Shown piece by piece: positions 58,224-64,000 of a DNA stretch of 64,000 nucleotides. The notes beneath the pieces were generated by a model, which saw nothing but the letters and a program-made list of their open reading frames with translations, was not told the DNA's origin and made no database searches. Every line of letters begins with the position of its first letter. The stretch's first letter is position 1. The position numbers and the translations under genes are program-made. The stretch covers positions 4,416,001 through 4,480,000 of the forward strand of contig OY761159.2 in assembly GCA_963664395.2 (NCBI GenBank), in the 5' to 3' direction. Origin of the DNA: Candidatus Binatia bacterium (lineage in GTDB: Bacteria > Desulfobacterota > Binatia > Bin18).

Positions 58224-59295
58224 TCAGGCGGGAATGGCACACGGGTTGGACTGCACCACTTCAGCCATTTCATACAGTAAATCGCGCGACTCTTCCCAAC
58301 CGATGCAGGCATCGGTAATTGACACACCATAGGCGAGTTCGGAGTCCTTTTTCCAGGACTGTTGTCCCGGTTTCAGATTGCTCTCCAAAAGGATACCCAT
58401 GACATCGTACTCCTGCTCTTGACGCAGGCCTAACACGTCACGACAGATCGCGGCCTGACGGGTATAGTCCTTGTTGGAATTGCCATGGGAGCAGTCCACC
58501 ATAATGGGGCGGGCTATCCCTTCTTTGGCAACCATTTCTGTCACCTGCGCGATATCCTCTTGGCTGTAATTGGGCCGTCCCCCCCCCACCCCGTAAAATA
58601 ATATGACGGTCGGGATTCCCCAAGGTCTTGATGACCGAAGTCACGCCGTCTGCATTGATGCCCAAGAAGCTATGGACATGCCCGGCCGAAATCATGGCGT
58701 TGATCGCCCCGGAAACTTCCCCACCTGTCGTGTTTTTGAAACCAACCGGCATAGAGAGACCACTTGCCATCTCTCTATGCGTTTGGCTCTCCGTTGTCCG
58801 CGCCCCTACAGCCGCCCAACTGACTAGATCGGCGACGTACTGCGGTGTGACCGGATCTAACAGTTCACTCGCGCAGGGCACACCCATATGGTTAATGTGC
58901 AGTAAAATCTCACGGGCCAGTTCCAGACCAGTCGGAATATCACACGACCCGTCGAGATGCGGGTCGTTGATCAGGCCCTTCCAGCCAATAGTTGTCCGCG
59001 GCTTTTCAAAATAGGTCCGCATCACAATAACGAGATGATCACGGGTTGCGTCAATAATCGGTTTGAGCCGCTCGGCGTATTCGTAGGCGACTTGGGAATC
59101 ATGGATGGAGCATGGACCGATGACAACGAGCAGACGGTGTCGGTCTCGACCGTGTAATATATTACAGATAGCCTGTCGCGTTTGCATGACAACGCCAGCC
59201 GCGCCCTCGGTCAGCGGGAGTTTGACTTTGATAGCCCGGGGAGACACCAAGGGTGTCATCTCAATGAGATGGGAATTTTCAATTTTCTCAGGCAT
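58224..59295 (-). pseudogene. aroF: Class I DAHP synthase, frameshifted at a G9 tract
   Basis: [38 protein letters not shown], then in another frame PNY, DCSHGNS, YGVSITDACIGW. C9 at 58579-58587. Confidence 0.9.
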
Positions 59296-59424
59296 GTGGT
59301 TTTCCAATGGAAGAGCAGGCGTGTCGCCGGCCTTTCGGTGTAGTGGTCTACAAACTTCGGTCACCCGGGAGGCGAGCCAAGCCCGTAACATACCACCTCT
59401 TTTCTCCGAATGCGAACCCGGTTC

Positions 59425-59910
59425 TTAGCCCACACGGATGGGAGTCGTCGCCTCCAGGTACTCGGGCACCTCCTGCCATCGACACGACCGAGCCCAGACG
59501 ACGTGAGAGTCCGGGAAGCTCAAGGCAAGGAGCTCGGTAAAATATTTTCCGGCACGCTTCGCGCTCGCCTTTGAGGGCCTGGGGTTAATCAGCTCAGCGG
59601 CGACAAAGAGTTCCTCGACCATTACAGGATCAAGCTGTACAGCAAGCCGCACCCGCCCCGGTGGGTCCGCGGCTGAGCACAGACAGATTTCAAAACTTCC
59701 TTTGAACGAGCGCCGGGCAGAGTCTGGATCAAGCCAGAATGGCATGGCAAGAACAAGATCAGGCTCTTCCAGATATAAAGCCGACAGAACAACTCCTTCG
59801 TGCGTAAACATCTTCACGCGCCAGGAGACTTCGGCAAGGGCTATACCAAACGGTTGGATACGGCGATTAAACTCTCGTTGTGGGACTTCGACCTCCAGCA
59901 CCACCCCCAT
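59425..59910 (-). CDS. Hypothetical protein
   Basis: Strong GGAGGAGG RBS before ATG 59910; 161 aa; no recognised motif. Confidence 0.6.
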   Translation of the reverse strand: MGVVLEVEVPQREFNRRIQPFGIALAEVSWRVKMFTHEGVVLSALYLEEPDLVLAMPFWLDPDSARRSFKGSFEICLCSAADPPGRVRLAVQLDPVMVEELFVAAELINPRPSKASAKRAGKYFTELLALSFPDSHVVWARSCRWQEVPEYLEATTPIRVG

Positions 59911-59921
59911 GGATTCCTCCT

Positions 59922-59988
59922 CCACATACCGCAATTCCACCACACCACAGATCCATTCCACACTTCCACAACCACATGCTAACACCAC
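59922..59988. repeat. CCAC/GTGG-rich degenerate ~13-bp tandem array
   Basis: Eight CCAC in 67 bp; units CCACACCACAGAT, CCATTCCACACTT, CCACAACCACATG. Confidence 0.55.
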
Positions 59989-60181
59989 CAGAGGTATTTC
60001 TCGTCCCTAGTAGAGGATAACACTATGAAAGTAAAGTAGTATTGGTTCGTGTACAGCTTCCCGCCCAGACTAACAGTGAGAATGCCAAGGGCAAGAGAGC
60101 AGCTATGACAATTATATATACTTATCTTTTCGGTTCATGGTACAAAAACTCAAGACCGTGAGACGAGGTGAAGTGCTGCAA

Positions 60182-63100
60182 ATGTCCGATCCAACCCTAT
60201 CAACTCTAGCTTCCCTTCTCCGACCAGTCGCTCGGGCTACCTTCAAGTATGCAGCTAGATATGCATCACGCTTGTATGCAGAGCGGAAGGCCGGACGGGA
60301 GTCCACCAACTCGCCCCTGATGGAGAGCAGTCTGGACCAGACCTTGGACAGATTAAGGGGAGGAAAAGTTGAGGATTCCTGGTGGCGAAAAATCCTGGTT
60401 CAGCTTGGTCACCAATATATCGCCCCGGATTTTTTGACCAATTCAGTGTTACAGGAATGGCTTGCTGACACGCATGTCACTAGCGACCTGAAAGTTCTGG
60501 CAAAAGCGGCCATCATGAGCGGCTCCGGCATTGATCCGGAAATCCGTGGACGCTTAGCCCACAGCTATTCAGACCGAACGGGTGAAGTCAGCGATCTTGC
60601 AGACGGACCAATAGAAGTTACAGTTGCTATTCTTGTGGCCGGGTACATCGCTTCGATTCCCTCCGATCAACGCCCGGCAACCGGTATGCTCCAGGAAATG
60701 TTCGGTCACTTCAATGAACGCTTTGATCGTTTAGAGGAAACCCGTCTACCAGCTCTAAGCGATCCAATCATTCAGCAAGCCCACACCCATAAGGCAAAGG
60801 AAGAATTATCCCGGATTCTTATGATCCGAATGTTTGATCCGCGTCGAACACTACGGAGTATCCAAGAATTGCATCAGCGTGTGGGCGATAAAGGCGATCT
60901 TCGTGCGGCATCCATTCCTACCAAAAACACAATCCTCTACTGGACTGCAATATTATGCGCCAGCGACGCCGAAACACGCGATTCTGCACGACAGCTCCAC
61001 GATGAGCTACGGAAGGCTGATCCTGACAGAGATCTCTCTATTCTGGATGCCCGGCTCGCGGAGGCTGATGGCAACCCAGATGAAGCGCTTCGTCTTCTGA
61101 GAGATCGTGACGACTCCGATTCCAGAACCATGTTGTTCGGCGTGCTGATTCGTTCTCAAGATGAGCACGCCGCCCTGGCTTGGTACGCCAAGCAAGCTGT
61201 GACTGATGATAACGAATTTTTCACAACTGTCGGCTGGTGGAATTGGACTCTTTGCATGGCCAAAGTCGGGCGCTGGCACGAAGCCGCACAGCGCCTCCTG
61301 AGCTTCGAGCCCCATTGGCAAGAGATGCCCATGCTCACATTTGTCGAAGGGGTCATCAACGCGGCTATGCTGTTGCCGGACGAGTATCGGGAGAGGGCGC
61401 TTGAGACCGTACCCATTTATCCCGGCGTCACCCCGACCTTGGGAGAGGAAGCTGAGAAACATTATGCTCGCGCTGCTATCTGCCTAGAATTCGCCGAACA
61501 GAGTACGAAGGATATCGCTGGCCCCGATTTGGCAGGACTTATTTCCGATTGGCGTCTTTGGCTTCGGCTGATGAATCCGAACCCCACGAACGCGGACATT
61601 GCCCACGATGAGGTACGTCAGGGCATGGAAGAAGGTGCGCGAGCGGTCAAGCTCATTCCTTTCGCATATGCCTTCAATATAATGTTCAAGGTTGAGCCAC
61701 TAAAACACTATCTAGAATACAGAGAGCGGCTTGGCGGGCTCGACGATCATGAGCTTCTGGCAGACTGTCTGGTTGCTGAACAATCCATGAAGCCCCATGA
61801 TCTCGTGTCCTATCTGGAGCAACATAAGACGCGATTGAGTGAAGTTATGTCTCTCGCCTTTGTGACAACAATGTACGTCGATGCTCTGGTGAAGGATGGT
61901 CAGACTGAAAGGGCGCGTGCACTCGTAACGGCATATGCAACTGACCTTGGCGAAGTACATTCCAATCGTTTGACTGTGATGATCGATGCCCATGAAGGAG
62001 ACGATCCTCGTAAACAGCTTGAACTTCTTTATCACGGGACAGAAGCGCTCATCGACTTAAAGAACCTAGTGGCCCATTTGAAGACTACAAACGACCACGC
62101 AGCGCTTCAGCCCTTGCTCTGCGACTTGTTCAACCGTGAGCGGACGGTTGAGAGTGCGCAAGACTTCGTCAAATGTCTCGGTGCACCTCCCTTCTTCGAT
62201 TACGACGCAATCATCAATTTTTCGGAAGAGAATTCCGATGTTCTTGAGCAGAGCGATGAACTGAAGGAGATGCAAGCGTGGGCGCTGTTTCAGGCTGGTC
62301 GGCTTCAGGAATCAAAAGAGATTAACGACAAGCTCCTGAGCCAAATGGGAAGCCCTGACGCTCTTCATCTCGACATCAATATCGCTATTGCTTCCGGTGA
62401 TTGGGAACATATAGCCGCGATCATTGAGCGTGAGTGGCCTCGGCGGGAGTCGCTTACTCCTGAAATACTTATGACTTTGGCTCAGCTCGCCGGCCGACAG
62501 GGTCTGACTCCTGACCGCGCGCTACAATTTGCCAAATTGGCCGCACAAAAGGCACCAAACGACCCTCGAATCCTGATGGCTGCCCATTGGCTGCACTTTC
62601 ACCTTGGACGCGATGGTGAGGCCGACCCAGACTGGCTCAAGCGCGCTTCCGAACTTTCTTCCCCGGACCAAGGGCCTTTGTGGTCTATGAATCTACGAGA
62701 CGTTATCACCGAATGGATGCCGAAGCGCCGAGATCACTTAGAGGAAGTTGAGCGGAAGTGGCTCAGTGGCGAGATACCCATGGGCTTGGCGGCAGGCGAA
62801 ATGAATATATCGTTCGCGCATCTCCTGCTTCACATCCCCGACCAGAATGCCGCCGAATTGGACGGTCGCCGCCGAAGGATATTGCCGATTGTCACCGGCG
62901 GCCGGAATCCAGTCGAATTGCAGCAGGACTGGACAATCGGGTTAGACGTGACCTCGATCATGATCCTTTCCTATCTCGGCCTACTGGAAACGGCCGTCGA
63001 GGCGTTTCATCACGTCAAACTTTCTCCCGACATCATGGAGTTTTTGCTCCACGAAAGAGACAAGGTTCGCTTTCATCAGCCTTCCCGTATTGCAGCAGCC

Positions 63101-64000
63101 CAGCGGGTTCGGGACCTCCAAAATCAGGGACGACTTCGAGTTGCTGACAACTTGGCCGAGCCCCCAAAGGGCATCACCAGCGAAGTAGGCATCGAACTGG
63201 CCACGCTCTTGCATAGGGCAAGACAGGACAACGGTCGGGTCATTTGTGTTCTACCGATCCATAGAGTCGGGTCACTGATGGAAGAACAAGCAGACACGAG
63301 CGAGTATGACAATTTGATCCATTCAACAATAGATCTCTGCATGCTGCTGCACGCTGAGGGGAGAATCGCCGCGGCCGATTATCAGCGTGCAAGTCTATTT
63401 TTAGACAGTCAGGGTCAAACAGAGCACACGAGGCCCTCTCCTTCGATCCTCAACAGTCCCATTTACGTGGATTCCCTTGCCCTATCCTACCTGCAGAACG
63501 CCAGAGTATTGCAGCCAATGGCCGTCGCTGGTCTGGATATCCGAATCCATCCGTATGTCCTAGAAGAAATGAATGCACTCATCGGAGCAGGTGATATAGG
63601 CGTTGATCTTGTGACAAAGATAGAACGGATTCGAGATATCTTACGAAATGCGGTAGATTCGGGAGCGGCCTCTTTCCTACCTCGCACGACTGACCAGGAC
63701 GAGCAGCTTCAGGAACGCGAAATCCGATTGCAGGTGACAGTCTCTTTGTTGGCGGGCAACGCTGCCTACGACGCGCTTTGTATTGATGATCGCTTTATCA
63801 ACAGGCACCCGATCTTGGCCGAACCTCCAGCACGATCCGTTCCTCTTGTTTGTGTGTTGGACGTTTTGCGCTCCCTCGTTTCTCGGGGACGTATCAGTGT
63901 TGGCGACCATTGGACAGCGCGTAACAAGCTTCGACAGAGCGGTTTTGTCTTCATCCCGCTTGAGTCCGACGAATTGATACATTGGCTGACATCGGCGAAG
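60182..64000 (+). CDS. Very large TPR-like/HTH/double-PIN-domain protein (3' end beyond window); candidate defence effector
   Basis: Not in the ORF track. Frame open for 1273 codons from ATG 60182 (alternative start 60137). TPR-like helices (AWALFQAGRLQES), HTH-like GEIPMGLAAGEMNISF, PIN-like IGLDVTSIMILSYLGLL (about 62935), IYVDSLALSYL (63461), LCIDDRF (about 63780), LRQSGFVFIP. Confidence 0.8.
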   Translation, partial: MSDPTLSTLASLLRPVARATFKYAARYASRLYAERKAGRESTNSPLMESSLDQTLDRLRGGKVEDSWWRKILVQLGHQYIAPDFLTNSVLQEWLADTHVTSDLKVLAKAAIMSGSGIDPEIRGRLAHSYSDRTGEVSDLADGPIEVTVAILVAGYIASIPSDQRPATGMLQEMFGHFNERFDRLEETRLPALSDPIIQQAHTHKAKEELSRILMIRMFDPRRTLRSIQELHQRVGDKGDLRAASIPTKNTILYWTAILCASDAETRDSARQLHDELRKADPDRDLSILDARLAEADGNPDEALRLLRDRDDSDSRTMLFGVLIRSQDEHAALAWYAKQAVTDDNEFFTTVGWWNWTLCMAKVGRWHEAAQRLLSFEPHWQEMPMLTFVEGVINAAMLLPDEYRERALETVPIYPGVTPTLGEEAEKHYARAAICLEFAEQSTKDIAGPDLAGLISDWRLWLRLMNPNPTNADIAHDEVRQGMEEGARAVKLIPFAYAFNIMFKVEPLKHYLEYRERLGGLDDHELLADCLVAEQSMKPHDLVSYLEQHKTRLSEVMSLAFVTTMYVDALVKDGQTERARALVTAYATDLGEVHSNRLTVMIDAHEGDDPRKQLELLYHGTEALIDLKNLVAHLKTTNDHAALQPLLCDLFNRERTVESAQDFVKCLGAPPFFDYDAIINFSEENSDVLEQSDELKEMQAWALFQAGRLQESKEINDKLLSQMGSPDALHLDINIAIASGDWEHIAAIIEREWPRRESLTPEILMTLAQLAGRQGLTPDRALQFAKLAAQKAPNDPRILMAAHWLHFHLGRDGEADPDWLKRASELSSPDQGPLWSMNLRDVITEWMPKRRDHLEEVERKWLSGEIPMGLAAGEMNISFAHLLLHIPDQNAAELDGRRRRILPIVTGGRNPVELQQDWTIGLDVTSIMILSYLGLLETAVEAFHHVKLSPDIMEFLLHERDKVRFHQPSRIAAAQRVRDLQNQGRLRVADNLAEPPKGITSEVGIELATLLHRARQDNGRVICVLPIHRVGSLMEEQADTSEYDNLIHSTIDLCMLLHAEGRIAAADYQRASLFLDSQGQTEHTRPSPSILNSPIYVDSLALSYLQNARVLQPMAVAGLDIRIHPYVLEEMNALIGAGDIGVDLVTKIERIRDILRNAVDSGAASFLPRTTDQDEQLQEREIRLQVTVSLLAGNAAYDALCIDDRFINRHPILAEPPARSVPLVCVLDVLRSLVSRGRISVGDHWTARNKLRQSGFVFIPLESDELIHWLTSAK

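Noticed and set aside
59328-59425. tRNA-like sequence (GGTGTAGTGGT) upstream of aroF
   Set aside because: No T-arm GTTCRA on the same strand, no acceptor stem and no cloverleaf.
60834-63982. Short ORFs listed by the track across 60.8-64 kb
   Set aside because: All overlap the single long open + frame starting at 60182, which has coherent domain motifs.

Overview
Bacterial chromosomal window, GC-rich by eye, with AT-richer patches near 3-6 kb, 28.6-28.8 kb and 60 kb. Housekeeping genes: secA (runs off the left edge), murI, amt and a frameshifted aroF. Catabolic and redox genes are abundant: four LLM/F420-type oxidoreductases, acyl-CoA dehydrogenase, crotonases, amidohydrolase, a xanthine-dehydrogenase-family L-S-M-G cluster, a GcvT-family dehydrogenase, and MOSC, GFA and GST-like proteins. 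This repertoire suggests a Binatia/Tectomicrobia-like heterotroph, possibly host-associated (inference only). Three real genes are missing from the supplied ORF track: (1) secA, with a ~300-aa helical insertion in its variable domain; (2) a 78-aa Rdx/SelW-like selenoprotein (CxxU, in-frame TGA, SECIS-like hairpin) at 26846-27082; (3) a >1270-aa TPR-like/HTH/double-PIN protein, a candidate defence effector, running off the right edge. Other notable loci: a rhodanese-K+ channel-YbjN-PspA-DUF4178 operon converging on a lipoprotein-DUF350-SpeE operon (PspA/polyamine envelope module); a secreted PEP-synthase-type ATP-grasp protein fused to Calx-beta repeats; a membrane-anchored Rad50/SMC-like ATPase with no nuclease partner; and a single-chain Type IIG/ISP-like R-M enzyme beside a REP-delimited cassette region. 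Several genes carry frameshifts or indels, which may be decay or sequencing error. No CRISPR array, rRNA, tRNA or transposase was found. All calls come from manual motif reading; no database searches were run.
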